Assembly (NCBI GenBank): GCA_012295275.1
Contig: CM022677.1
Coordinates: forward strand, 6,324,001-6,388,000
Length of the DNA stretch: 64,000 bases
From: Chrysomallon squamiferum
Lineage: Eukaryota > Animalia > Mollusca
Reading direction: 5' to 3'
Below the pieces are notes generated by a model. That model saw only the letters and a program-made list of their open reading frames with translations. It ran no database searches and had not been told where the DNA came from. The position numbers and the translations under genes were made by a program. Positions 21,103-33,992 of the stretch are shown one piece after another; positions within the stretch are counted from its first letter, which is position 1, and each line of letters starts with the position of its first letter.

Positions 21103-21560
21103 GACAGTTATTTACATTTCAGCTGAGAAACAAGTTTTTAGTTACCCTTGGATTACTATGTTTATTCAGAAACTAAAAAATGAAAACTTTTCATATCCGC
21201 GTGGTAGAGCCCTTGGACGTGGACCCCTTCCACGACAGAGATATTCAACCCATGGATACAACCTGAGTATAAGGTATCAAAATAAAATATGTTGAAACAT
21301 TATTATTTTTCGCAAATATTCTCTACTTCCATATTAGACACAACTATACTGCGAATGAAGTAAAGATAACATTATATAATAAATAAACATTTTTCTTTTC
21401 TTCTTGTACAGGTGGATTTCTTTGGTTCTCCCGATCGTTCACGTCCAATGCAAGGACACCGAAGTCAATGGGCTCCACCCTCTTCCCGTGTGTAGCGGGC
21501 CACGTGAAAAGCACGACCTGGAGCTGACTTGAAACGAAAAGCAACTCAAAGCATGAACTG
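20412..21560 (+). pseudogene. Paralogous single-unit copies of the PMDVD gene (29-aa MRSTFIIREEEPMDVDPFDDRDIQPMDTS*) plus a non-coding 3' exon
   Basis: Exon 1 at 20412-20428. Exon-2 copies at 20753-20833 (acceptor reads TG instead of AG) and ~21195-21273 (no acceptor), both ending in AAG|GTATC. 3' exon from 21412 (acceptor TACAG), paralogous to 17691-17830. Confidence 0.55.
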
Positions 21561-23550
21561 GCAAAAACAACTGATGAACACAAAAGTTGACAAAACGTTT
21601 CAAACACGAAACATCATAAACATGTAAACCATGACAGTCATTTATATCTTGATCAGTGGTGGTGATTAAAGAAGTTTTTTTTCCTCTCAATGTTGCATTT
21701 ATGAACATATATTTATATAACAGTAACAATAATTCAGAAATGTTTTAGAATACATAGATATATATTCAACCCATGTACGATATATATTTTTACATTTGTA
21801 AAGATTAATATTTTTCTAATTTAAAAAGTGTTGTTGTTTTCTCTTTCATGCAATAAGGTTGAGCTCAGATTTTGTTTTTAAAATCTCTATTATTACATAA
21901 TTAAGTATAGTTTATAAATTTTAATTTGTACTATTTATTTTTTATTTTTAAGTCATCAAACTCATTTCAGAAATGATATCAGATTTTATTCATACTGAGA
22001 AGACAGAAATCTCATGTGGTTAGCCGCTCTGTTTATTTTAGCAATCTATATATAGGGTATTGCTACATGTTCTAATTTCGAAGACAGTGCCATTACTTTG
22101 AAAGACCTTTCTATATACAGATAGACAAACAGACCAACAGAGCAGAGACAGAAGTGTATGTACTTAAGAATAAATATAACATATAAATATTTCACTCTTA
22201 CTCTGACTTTCTTACTCTCTGTCTCACTCCCCAGATTACTCTAATTAGATGGATTATTTTATTTTACCAGATATTTTAGTGTAATTAAGTATTATGGGTT
22301 GTGTGTTTAAGGCGCTGTTTAACAGAAAATATTATAGACTCTTCTTATCATATCATATTTATAATCAGCAGATGAAGTCTATGCTTTCAGTGTAGACAAA
22401 CACAGACTAGATTTCCAGATTAATGTTCTCTTTATAAACAATGCCAGAAATCACTAATCTCTCATTAACAATTTATTGGTACTTCCAGTCATGCCTCCTC
22501 CTAACTCCAGATATTCCTCATCACACAGTTTATATATTAAGCCAAATTCCATTGATGTATCACTCAATCCATGGATCTACAAAGAGGACCTTATTTATTA
22601 ACAATGTGATAATGTCTGAAAAGTAATTGCTTATATAATTGAAAACCTTTGAGTCCATCGTTCCCTCTTTTTATCCATTTATTATTTTCCCAATTATTCT
22701 TTGCACCAAAGCTTTCACCCATACCTCCATCTAACACTCCATCCATCCTTACTTACCTGCATGTTTCTATCTATCTATCTGTCTATCTATATATTTGTTT
22801 TATTTCATCATCAATTTCTCTGGCTATTTGTCTATCTATCTGTCTCTTTATTGGTCAACCTGTGGTGTAGCTTAATCTCGCACCTGCTCACCTCTTTCTA
22901 AACAGACTTTAATGAAGAAATCATATGATTTTTTTACTCATATACATGTGCTCATTACCTGTCTAGCTAACCATTTATTAATCACGATCCTCTGTCTGTC
23001 TGTCTGTCTATATCTATATTTATTTATATAATTATCTCTCATTCTCTGAAAAATCATTCACACATGGCATACTTCTCTGTTTCATAGTGAGGTTAATACC
23101 TGTTCTCTCTCTGTAACACACAAACACATATAACCACACCTACATTTCAGACTCTCTCAGTCTACCTACCTAACTGCAATCTAACACCCATATAAACATA
23201 CTCTTATTCATACATTCAGTTACATACCAATCCTCTGACATAAATACAAATACTCATGATTATGAACCTATGGATCTATGTATCTATATATATAATGTTT
23301 ACTGTGTATGTGTTTGTGTGTGTCCATCCGTCCATCTATATCTACCCTCTCTAACACAGACATATATATATATATATATATACATAAATCTATTCACTAA
23401 TGCATTTTTTAAATTTATATTTAATCTCTATCAGTCATCTGACTCTCTCAAAAATCCACAAAAAAGCACACTATCTTTGACACACATTTTTATACCCATT
23501 CTAACACATATATTTATGCACACACACTCACATCAGTTTATCTATGTTAG

Positions 23551-23598
<48 letters not shown>

Positions 23599-24001
23599 CT
23601 AATTATTGTCTACCTAACATATCAAACTATCTCTGAAGCGATGTCTAACTATCTCGATAATCAATTCTATCTCACCTTCTCAGTTATACATAGCCACAGT
23701 CTATCTCACACAAAGACAGACGCACACACACACGTACGTATATACCGTCTCTATTTACATCCTTTTTAAGTATTTAAATACTCTTTCTATCTAGTTGCTA
23801 TCTATAAATATATTTATTTATCTGTTTGCCATATACATAAGCAACAGAGTCCGTCGTTCTTACAGATGTGCAGATATATACTCATGCCTCCTTGCATCTA
23901 TCTGTCTTTCCAGTAATTTATCTATCTTTCTAGTAATCTATTTACCTTTCTTCTGTCTATCAATTTACCTGTCTGTTATCATCTACCATCTATCCACTCT
24001 G

Positions 24002-24053
<52 letters not shown>

Positions 24054-24239
24054 GTAGTTACTTATCCTTTTATATGCATATACATACTAATCATCTTCTA
24101 CACATACAAATACATTTTCAATCCTATACACGTGTGTGTGTATGTATATATGTATGTATGTATGTGTGTATATCATCCAACCAGCGACAACGACTATTTA
24201 GTTCATTTTAATTTATTTTATTTCAAGTATTTCGTAATA

Positions 24240-26860
24240 AAAAGTGAGAAAAAAAAAATGAACTACGAAATGGTTACGAGATGGTATATTACGTCAACGT
24301 CAGAAAAAAAAAATAATAATAAATGTTTCCACATTTTCAGCAATTGCTACACAGTATTAGCCATCTATGTATAAGCGGTTTCTCCAAATTAGTTTTAATG
24401 ATCCATGTAGAATTATTGCATTGTAAAAGTTTAAAAGTGTGTAAATATTGATCGGCGTTCGATGCTGCCATCTTGGATTTCGATCGGAAGTTTCCGTGGG
24501 GTCACGGAAGTTATTAAACTTCCAAATACAATTATTTTACGTCTACTTTCTGAACTTTTTATGATTTACACTGATAAAGATGGTTGTTCAAAACCGTGAT
24601 CTCTTGCGCCTTTCCGAACTACTTTTTCAACTAAAATAAAATAAATAAATAAAATTAAATGAAAAACATTAAATGAAATAGCAATTTTACAATAATTCAT
24701 CAAATAATAAATAAACCAAAAATACAGGAAACTGGTTAGTTAAAAGAAAAAGAAAACGCAGGGAATGTTAATAAGCTGGTTCTGTCTGCTGCAAAACATT
24801 ATACAGAATTGGTTATTTTCATTTAAAAACAGCAAATCTAATTTACTGTCACCTCGTGGTCTAAGAGAAACAACTCTATTTAACACGCACGTTGGTAAGT
24901 ATACAAATAAGACTGACTGTTGAGTAAAATTAAAAAAATAAAATAAAATAAAAAAATTATTGAAGTCGCCTAAATATTGATCATTCACTGAATTTACTAA
25001 ATAGTAAACTAGTATAAGTTGGGGTAATTCTGGCCTCAGGGCAATTCTGGCCTCCGAGGTATATTATGACTTGCAGCCGCTATACTGCATTTTGCGGTTT
25101 CAATTTTGTTTTAGTCCTAGACATAAGGTTAGTGATAAATTATAACAGGTAAACATATAATCACTTTTTAAGTTCAGCAGAAGAAACTTTATTAATATGT
25201 GATAATTAGGCAAGAAATATGCTTTTTATTTTACTCCACCAGTTGGGGCAATAAAATCAAAAGGATGAGATATACCGAGGCATTGACAGAAGAAGAAAGT
25301 GTCAAGAGGTATGAAGAAGAATTGGCAGAAAAGAAGAAGAAGGAAGAAGAAAAGGCAAAGAAAGCAAATATTTTAGAGGCAAAATTACAACAAAAAAATA
25401 GAAGATACCAAAGTCAAAACGGCAGTTCAATTTGAATGCTACAGCAGAACTGGTGGATGCAGTCAAGGAAAATATTGATGGTGATGAGCCTGAACTAGAA
25501 GATAGAGATGCAGTAGATACACAAGAAAAATGTGAACTCTGTGGCAGAGTTGATGATGGGATGAATTCTGACGAGTTCATAGGATGTAACGGGTGCCCAA
25601 ATTGGTATTGTCTTGATTCTTGCGCAAATCTTGAAACCCCACCTGGTGCAGACTTAAAAGGAATTGTATTCTTGTGTGATATTTGTCAAGGAGTTTAGTT
25701 TACTGAAGATTTGAATTTGACTTGTATTATGATTAGGACTAATTATTATTAGTAGTAAACAATTTTTCTTTTATTGGCTGGCTGTCTGTGTGTCTGTATG
25801 TCTGTCTATGGATTTATCTCTATATATTCTGCCTGTCTCACTCTCCATCTATCTGTCTGTCTATCTGTCTATCCACCTACCTATCTACCTCTCAGATTAC
25901 AGTGTTAAGTGCAAGTGTCGCTGTAATTAAAACTTCAGTAAAAGAAATGAAAAAACTCTGCAGAAAACATTGATAATAAAGCAGCGATGATATTTTATCT
26001 CACTGGGAGAGGTTCTGTCTATGCCTAAAATACTGAACGATCTTAGATATTAATATTAATATTAATACATTTATTTATTTATTTATTTGTCCCTGTAAAC
26101 GGCATCTGAAATGTCCTTTGCATTGCAGTAATGAATAAAAAATGTTATTATGATGAACGCTGTTTTTCCACATATAATGGAACTGAACGACAATATGTAT
26201 AGTTTACTTGCTTCAACCAGACCTGTTTATACTAATACATTTAAATTCAGCGAAAGAACCATAATGTTTTACATTTATATATCTAGTTTATTCCTAGTTG
26301 AATATTAATTGTCTAATTATCAATTTAATTTTTAGGGGAGATAATAGAATATCACTTTCTACAGTTAATTAAGAATTAATCTGTAACAGCGCAGTATATT
26401 TACAGAACTTGTGTTATAATAAACAAGATTCATCTCGCGCATCCTCGCCTTTTCACTTTACTTTTAATAATAAAAACGTCTATTAATGTTTCTCTATATT
26501 CTAGACTTTTCTAGTATTTAAGAAAGATGCACTTGCAAATATCAGTAACATGGTGAAGTTAATTCATCTTAATCTAGCCTCTCACCTCTCAAATGCAATT
26601 CTAAAAAATGAGAATAATACGCATTATTAAACGTTGATTCATTATTAAACTTGTTAGATACGTTATACCTGCTAAAGAAAAATTAAGCTTATTATTCATT
26701 TATTTATTTATTATGCAACATAAAATTATCTAATACTGTTAATAAAAAAAACAATACCTCTATTTTTAAATACACTGTGTTTTCAGTACATAATATTACC
26801 GCTACGCCTCTGTTTACAACATAAAACATGTAACATAAATAGTGATGGCGGTACTGAAGT
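24240..26860 (+). repeat. Segmental duplication copy 2 of 15180-17652
   Basis: Colinear similarity at both ends; the central part is replaced by a PHD-transposase fragment. Confidence 0.85.
25015..25760 (+). mobile_element. Internally deleted pogo/DDE_1-type DNA transposon remnant (C-terminal coiled region plus PHD finger)
   Basis: EALTEEESVKRYEEELAEKKKKEEEKAKK, frameshift, then CELCGR..EFIGCNGCPNWYCLDSC..FLCDIC* (PHD-like). The left end has the doubled motif GGGGTAATTCTGGCC/GGGCAATTCTGGCC. Absent from duplication copy 1. Confidence 0.7.
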
Positions 26861-28454
26861 TACTTATTTTAATAACGCCGTGTAAAATTACTCCTACTTA
26901 GCAGTTCTGTGAAACATGTTCTGTTAATAAACTATCACATTAATATGGAAGCGTTCTCGATATTCACATATAATTCTACTGTTGTTTATAAAAACACGTT
27001 AACCTGGAAGCCCAATCTACATTTCTGAATGTACACTGTGTTTTCGCAGTAAAATCATACCTAAAATGTTTACTATAATGCTACAGTACACACAAAAAAC
27101 AACAACGACAACGACAACAACAATAGTAATATATAGAAAAGAACATTTTAATCTTTATTCGATTTCTTTACTTCTCAATATCCATACGACTTCAAACATT
27201 AACATCATCGCTCCAGTCTGGATGTCAATATAATATGTGACGTAGCTATAGCTTCAAACAGACAAGTAACCTGGAGATATCCACTTTTCAATCCTCTTTA
27301 TTCAGAAACTGAACATAAAACAAAATGAAAAAAAAAAAATGAGAATGACCGAGACAATTAATAATAATAACCATAATAATAATAATAATAATAAGTAAAT
27401 AAATAAATAAATAAACAAACATTTACATCGTATAATAAAAAACATTTTTTATAAATCAGTGGGTGAGAGGTGTATATTGAACATATTAAATGGGCTTCTG
27501 TATTTATTTATTTATTTACTTTTTAATCACCAATGTAGGATTATACTTGGAAAGGTGAGAAAAGGATAGATTAATAAAATGACATTTTATAACTTGACAC
27601 ATTACTTACATTTACTAACGCAGAATGCGCAAGATAAATATTTTGTTTTATAGAAGATCAGTGGATAATCAGAATTATTGCGCGCGCTTGTGGATTAACG
27701 TCATTTTTTATTGTATTAGAGATTATACAAGAAACAAAATCACATTATTATTACAGATAAAACTAAATATCTAAAATTGTAAATCATAAACAGAATATAG
27801 TATGTTGCAGGGAAATAGAGAGTTATGTACCCTTTTTTCCAGATTCATATTATTAACACAAGGCTTAATTTTTTTTCGTTTTATTATTTTTTCTCTCTCT
27901 TCCTGACAGTCGTAGTAATAGAAGAAAATAAATTTATTTTCCTTCCAGACAAAGCGTTATATGTATTTTAGGAAATATACCTTTTCTAAGCAGAAGAATG
28001 ATGAAGGTTATTTTCAATAATTACATTTTTCTCGTGATTAATATTTAACCTGAATATTTTAAGAAATGTTCTCACAAAATTCAAGTCATGATACAAATCG
28101 TATTTGAGTGATTTCTGAAACATGAAACTTTGAGGTACATTTTTTTTTTTTTTTTTTTTTTTGACAAATTGCCAGACGGAATTTGCGTTCTATAAATTAA
28201 CAAGATTTCAGTTTTATAAACTGAGATCCAACCAAAAGTAGCTTGAAATATTATGAATACCACTATTTACACTGATTATCTTTAATTGAAATAAATAAAT
28301 AAATATATAAATAAATATAATTTTAATTTTAATACCGACTGCACAATTTATATAATGGATGTTGGATATTAATAGTATGTATCATTATATCTGTATTTGA
28401 GATGGCGCTAGTTTAATCTGATATTTTAAAAGCTTCAGGTAAGATTGTATTTTT

Positions 28455-28972
28455 TATAATGCAAAATAGAGGTAAAACATAACAAAAATCACGTTATTTT
28501 CACTAAGTATCAATAAACGTCGCTGGTTTTATACATAAAATGTGAATTACATCGCGTTTTACAAAACAGAAAACTTAGCTTATCTCTGTGAATTTTAATT
28601 TTAATGTTGTTTGATTTGCAAACTCAAATTTTGTGATTCAAGTAAACTGTAACTTCTCACGTGTTCAGTATTAATTTTTTATTTTTTGGTTGAGAAGAAA
28701 TTATAACTAAGTTCAACAGAAAAATATTTCACAACAGAGGGCTTTCCCTGTATATCTAGTCATTAAGTTATTTATTTCTGAACTTAAAAGTCCAGCGCTG
28801 AATGCCACTATAAAATAAAAGGTCAGATTCATATAAATGTGATATTTGATTAACACCCGAAGATTACATTAATCCACGTTAATAATAAAACCAGCGACGT
28901 TTATATTATAAATTGATACTGAGTGAAAATAACGTGATGTTTTATTATATTTTCCTCTATTTTGCATCATAA
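28455..28972. mobile_element. MITE-like element with ~80-bp imperfect terminal inverted repeats
   Basis: TGCAAAATAGAGG..AATCACGTTATTTTCACTAAGTATCAATAAACGTCGCTGGTTTT (28460-28529) is the reverse complement of AAAACCAGCGACGTTTAT..GATACTGAGTGAAAATAACGTGAT..CCTCTATTTTGCA (28887-28966). Confidence 0.75.
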
Positions 28973-29073
28973 CAAATATTGATAATTTCACGTACATTTT
29001 ATTCTACTAGGACAAATCTTTTATAGTTATACTTTGTAAGTTACATCAAAGAAAACATGCATGTCCTCCTTAA

Positions 29074-29410
29074 CTAGTGTTTTATCTGTCCCGCTAATTC
29101 TCTACCGTGTATGTCATGAAGTTCTAACCGAGATACGTTCTGAATTTGTTCTGTTCTTACTTTCTCGAGACTTATCGTCGTCCAGATATGCACATATTTG
29201 TATTTTTTCAGTTTGTATGCAAGGCGACCTAACTGATAGCAGTCTTCTGCTGATAATCTCTGTATATATCGTTCATATATAAAACCTGCTAATCTTGTAG
29301 CATTTAATTTGTACGTGTCTTGAAGTCGAAACACAGCTGCAGCGGCCCCTTCTAAATCTTCGTAACTTGGAAGATGTTCACGAATTTCTTGTATTAATAA
29401 TTTGTTTATG
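29074..29410 (-). pseudogene. P4HA: Isolated exon of a prolyl 4-hydroxylase alpha subunit (N-terminal/TPR region)
   Basis: HLPSYEDLEGAAAAVFRLQDTYKLNATRLAG..LSAEDCYQLGRLAY matches the P4H-alpha P-x-x-ED-x-x-GAA-x-x-x-x-RLQDTY and L-x-AEDC motifs. No other P4HA exons or canonical acceptor seen. Confidence 0.8.
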
Positions 29411-29514
29411 TCAGAATAAATTAACATACAGACAAAAAAGAAAACAAAAACACTCCTCAAGAAAAAAAAATAACAGATTAAAATGTGCATTACAGCTGTC
29501 ATTTAGAAGTGGCG

Positions 29515-29600
29515 CACTTCTTAAGTTATGAAGATTTTGAAGTGTTGTCTGCAGTTGTTCTGTTTCGTCTTCAAAACACATACAAATTAGATGTCACTAC
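29515..29600 (+). pseudogene. P4HA: Inverted, diverged P4HA fragment
   Basis: HFLSYEDFEVLSAVVLFRLQNTYKLDVT on the opposite strand to 29295-29376. Confidence 0.7.
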
Positions 29601-29847
29601 TTCTTAATCGTTTATGCAAACTCGCCATGTTAAGACATTTTATGACATTTCTATTTTTTATTATGTTATTCCACATTTTTTATCTTTTTATTTTATTTTA
29701 TGAATATGTTTGAATAAATGTCAGTTTTAATTGATACAAAATGTTTTTATCCAGAATCATTACATTTTATTTCATTTCTATTTTTCTTTTTCTTTTTCAG
29801 TCTTTCTCTGTAGCGGACCTTATTCTGCGAAATATGAAGAATCTCCT

Positions 29848-30450
29848 CTTAAGTAAATAAATACTGTATTGTGATATTAGCAGTATTAAGTAAATAAATA
29901 CTGTACAGTAACGATATTAGAAGCATTAAGTAAATAAATACTGTACAGTCACGTGATATTAGCAGCATTAAGTAAATAAATACTGTACAGTCACGTGATA
30001 TGAGCAGCATTAACTAAATAACTATTGTACAGTAACGTGATATTATCAGAGATAAGTAAACAAATACTGTGCAGTAAAGTGATATTAGCAGTAGTAAAAA
30101 AAGAACTGTACAGTAACGTGATATTAGGAGCGTTAAATAAATCAATACTGTACAGTAACGTGATACCAGCGGTATTAAGTAAATAAATACTGTACAGTAA
30201 CGTGATATTCAGTAAATAAAAACTGTACAGTATATTAGTACATTAGTATAGAAAACTGTGATAGTGAGTGTGATATTAACCAAGAAATAAAATACTAGAA
30301 CGAACGTGATATTTGCAGCGTTAACTAAACAAACACTGTATTTGAACGTGATAGTAGCAGTAAAAAGTTAAAGGAAATTCATAAAACAGTAACGAATAAT
30401 AGAAGCAGAAATTAAGCAAAATAAATATGTACAGTAACGCGATATTGATA
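29848..30450. repeat. ~42-bp minisatellite (AGTAAATAAATACTGTACAGTAACGTGATATTAGCAGCATTA)n, decaying rightwards
   Basis: Period measured between 29929 and 29971; roughly 14 units. Confidence 0.9.
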
Positions 30451-30585
30451 TAAATAAAATAGGATCTGAATATTAGTAATAATAATTAAAGAAAGAATAG
30501 TGAGAATTGACGAGAATATTAACCAAGACGTTAAGTTGGAAAGACGGCGACATTACTAGAAATATTAATAATATATTTGAATTCA

Positions 30586-33499
30586 GGATGGGCACGTTCA
30601 GAAAAAAGAATAAATGAATGAAAAACGAAAAGGACTAATGAGGAGTACACCAATGACGTTAGAAACAATCCTGGACCGACGGCAACGATGGAAATATTGA
30701 TTATATTTTTTTGACGTAGGATATGGAAATGGTATAAACAAAATAATATTTTTTTGTTTTTTTTAGAACAATGGATATCAAACATTGGAAAATTCTGCAC
30801 AATAATAAGCAACTTTTTGTTGAGTTTTTATTTTTTGGTGAATTAATATAAATAAGAAGAAGAAAGAAAAAGTAGGGGAACAAAAAATAAAAAACACCGT
30901 TTATTTGAAGTTTACGGTCAACAATTGGCTAATAATAAGATAAAAAAATATATAAATAAATAAATAAAATAAATATATTTTATTTTTATTTTTTTTTATT
31001 TTATTTTATTTTGCTTTGAACATTTTTTTTTATTTTGTTTTTTTTTGGGGGGGATTGTATATGCAGAAAAATGCGGGATGATTGTCGGTCTTTACGGATT
31101 TACTTTTTTTTATTTAATGTTCGAAGAATTTTCTACAGAATTGGTGTAATCGCATTAAAACAGTTGTTTAAAGTATTTCAGTTTGTGAAGGAGACAGGTA
31201 TTACTCTTTATTATTATAAATGTTAATGTGTTTGGATTTTTTTCGTTTTATTTAATTATAATTTAAAAGTCATAGACAACTGATGGCAGCCATATTATTT
31301 GAGAACAATATTTATTTATTTATTTATAATTTTTTCAAATAACGACACTCGATTAATAATAACATTCACCAGTGTTGTACTAATGTGAACAACATAAACA
31401 ACGTCATGATGTATCAGCAAATTTTGAGTGGCCAGTAATTAAATTTGTTTTAAAATAAATTGACTTGTGTAGCACACACCAAAGGAAACACCACACAAGT
31501 CACTGAGAATTTAAAATAATGATTATTATTATTATTATTGTTATTGTTATTGTTATTATTTATTTATTTATTTATTTATTATTATTTTTTATTATTATTA
31601 ATTTTTTTTTTGTTGTTGAAATAAACTAATAAAACTATTAAAAGAAAATATGCTAATTTTGTTTGACAGGTTGTTTTCAGTCAGTTTATTTATGATTTAT
31701 TATTTTTAAAGATTTAGGTTAAATTGCTGACTTGCTCTATAATTATTAAACATATTAAACTTTATAATGGGTGGGTCCCTAAATGCTTTCATATTATTTA
31801 AGCTAAATACCTGTATAGCTCAATGTTAACACTAAAAACAAATAAAGATGAATACAAATTTAAGAAATACATGACCAGGTTATTTCATATGTAGATGATG
31901 CTATAAAATATTAATAAAATTATTTGTATAAAAAATATTTGACACACAAATAAACACTCAAATAATTTGTTATCCTGTTCTTTGTTTCTCTTCTTTTCTT
32001 AATGGTCAATTTTAATTTATTTATTTACACTTTGTTTTGTTTTGTTGTAATTCCTTCTTTTTCATCTTCTTCTTTTTATTATTATTACTACATTTTATTA
32101 TTATTATTATGTTTATTTTTAATTACTATTATTTTTGTAATCTTTATTATTATTATCCATTTTATTTTTCATATCATTACTGATGCTGGTAAAAAGACTT
32201 CATTTCCTATGCTGCGAAACAAAAAACTAGGCAGATGACTGTGATGGCTGTGCATGTCAGTGGCAAAGACAACAGGCAGAAAGTTGAGCAGCAGGTGACA
32301 TCTGAGCTTGCTGCTGTGAGAATGAAGCTGGATGAGAAGATAAAGAAAATAGAGAGAAGAAAACAGAGGCTGTAGTTCCAGCAGAACAAGATGAAGGCAA
32401 CATTCATGAGATGTTTCACCACACTGACAGTTCAAACGACTGAGCTAGTCCTGAGCCTGATTCAGACAACAGAGTGGGCTCAATAGCCTAGGTCCCAGTC
32501 CCCTACTTCAGCATCATAAATACCGAGGCCATTTTTGTGAAAAGGGATACAAGAGACTAATGATAATGTGAATCAACAGTCTGGTGTCAAGTGATGTGTC
32601 AGGCCTGTGTTAGAATATTTTCAGAAACCTCTCTACAGTGGCAGGGTATGTTCGTTTATTAGTTTATATATATATATATATATTTATGTGTGTGAGAGAG
32701 AAATATTGCATGAATGATAATAATCAAAATAAATTATGCATTTATCAGAGAAATGTAGATTGTTAAATATTTTTTGTTAAATATATGTCATTGCAGTATT
32801 GTTAAGTTGCTGTCTAGAAAGGGAGTTTATGTTATGGAGAAGGATGAATCATCTGTACAGACACTGCAGACTGCACAATTCCAAGTTGTAAGTTTTTATC
32901 TTATTTTTATTTCTTAGTAAAATACGTTTTATGGTAACGTCTCTTTACTGATTATAAAATAGCATAATAATAATCATTCATTTCCTAATGTTTTTTAACA
33001 TTACCATTATTATCATTATAATGAGTATACAAAGTACATCAAAAATATCCCACACCCCTTTGTGTCTGAATAATCCAGTAACTGGTACCAGTAAAATTTA
33101 AATTTTAATAATAACAGAAACATTAGTTATTTATTTATAACAGTTTATTATTTTTATTATTTTATTTGTATTTTTTTCAGAATGCACATATTGATCTAAT
33201 TGATGTGCTGATGTCTGCTAGTGAAATTGTTTCAGTAGAAGGTGCTGTCCAGCACTGAGGATAAAGTTTGTACTGCTGCCACTGGAAAAGAGAAAACAAA
33301 AAAAAAAACTGATCAGGTGAATTTGAGTTTGTTTTCTTAGGTATTTCTCATTATTCTGAACCTAATGAAGTTTAATTTAAATTAATGTAGGAAGTTGCAT
33401 TTTTGTAACATGTACCAGTAAGTACACATGGATATACATTAGAATCTTGTATCATACACTGCATTTAATTCATGTTTTCTCTATCTCTCTCTCGCTCCA

Positions 33500-33538
<39 letters not shown>

Positions 33539-33930
33539 ACACAACAGATCCATTCATATAAACCTGATTATTTTCTTGTAAATTTCTATGTTTTAAAACA
33601 AAAGAAGAAAAAGTATAATACTTTATGAGTATTTTAAAATGTTTGACTTTCCTGTTACCAGATGGAACTGCCAGCCTTCACACAGTGTCACTGTTCCTGT
33701 GATGGCAGACACACTAAAATACACTGGAGATGGATGTACTGTAGCTGTTGTCTATAGTTTCTATTCTCTGCAGTCTTTCGATTTGCATGGTTTGTTTAAC
33801 AGCACAATGTTTGTAAATAAAATATTGAATCAGGTTGTTGCATGTTAAATATATGAGACTTAATAACTAGTTAATCAACAAAATTCATATTATATTATTA
33901 GATCTAGTTTTCTTTTTTGTTGTTAATATG

Positions 33931-33992
<62 letters not shown>

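Noticed and set aside
29848-30450. CRISPR-like or coding interpretation of the 42-bp repeat
   Set aside because: Simple decaying tandem minisatellite with no spacers and no open frame.
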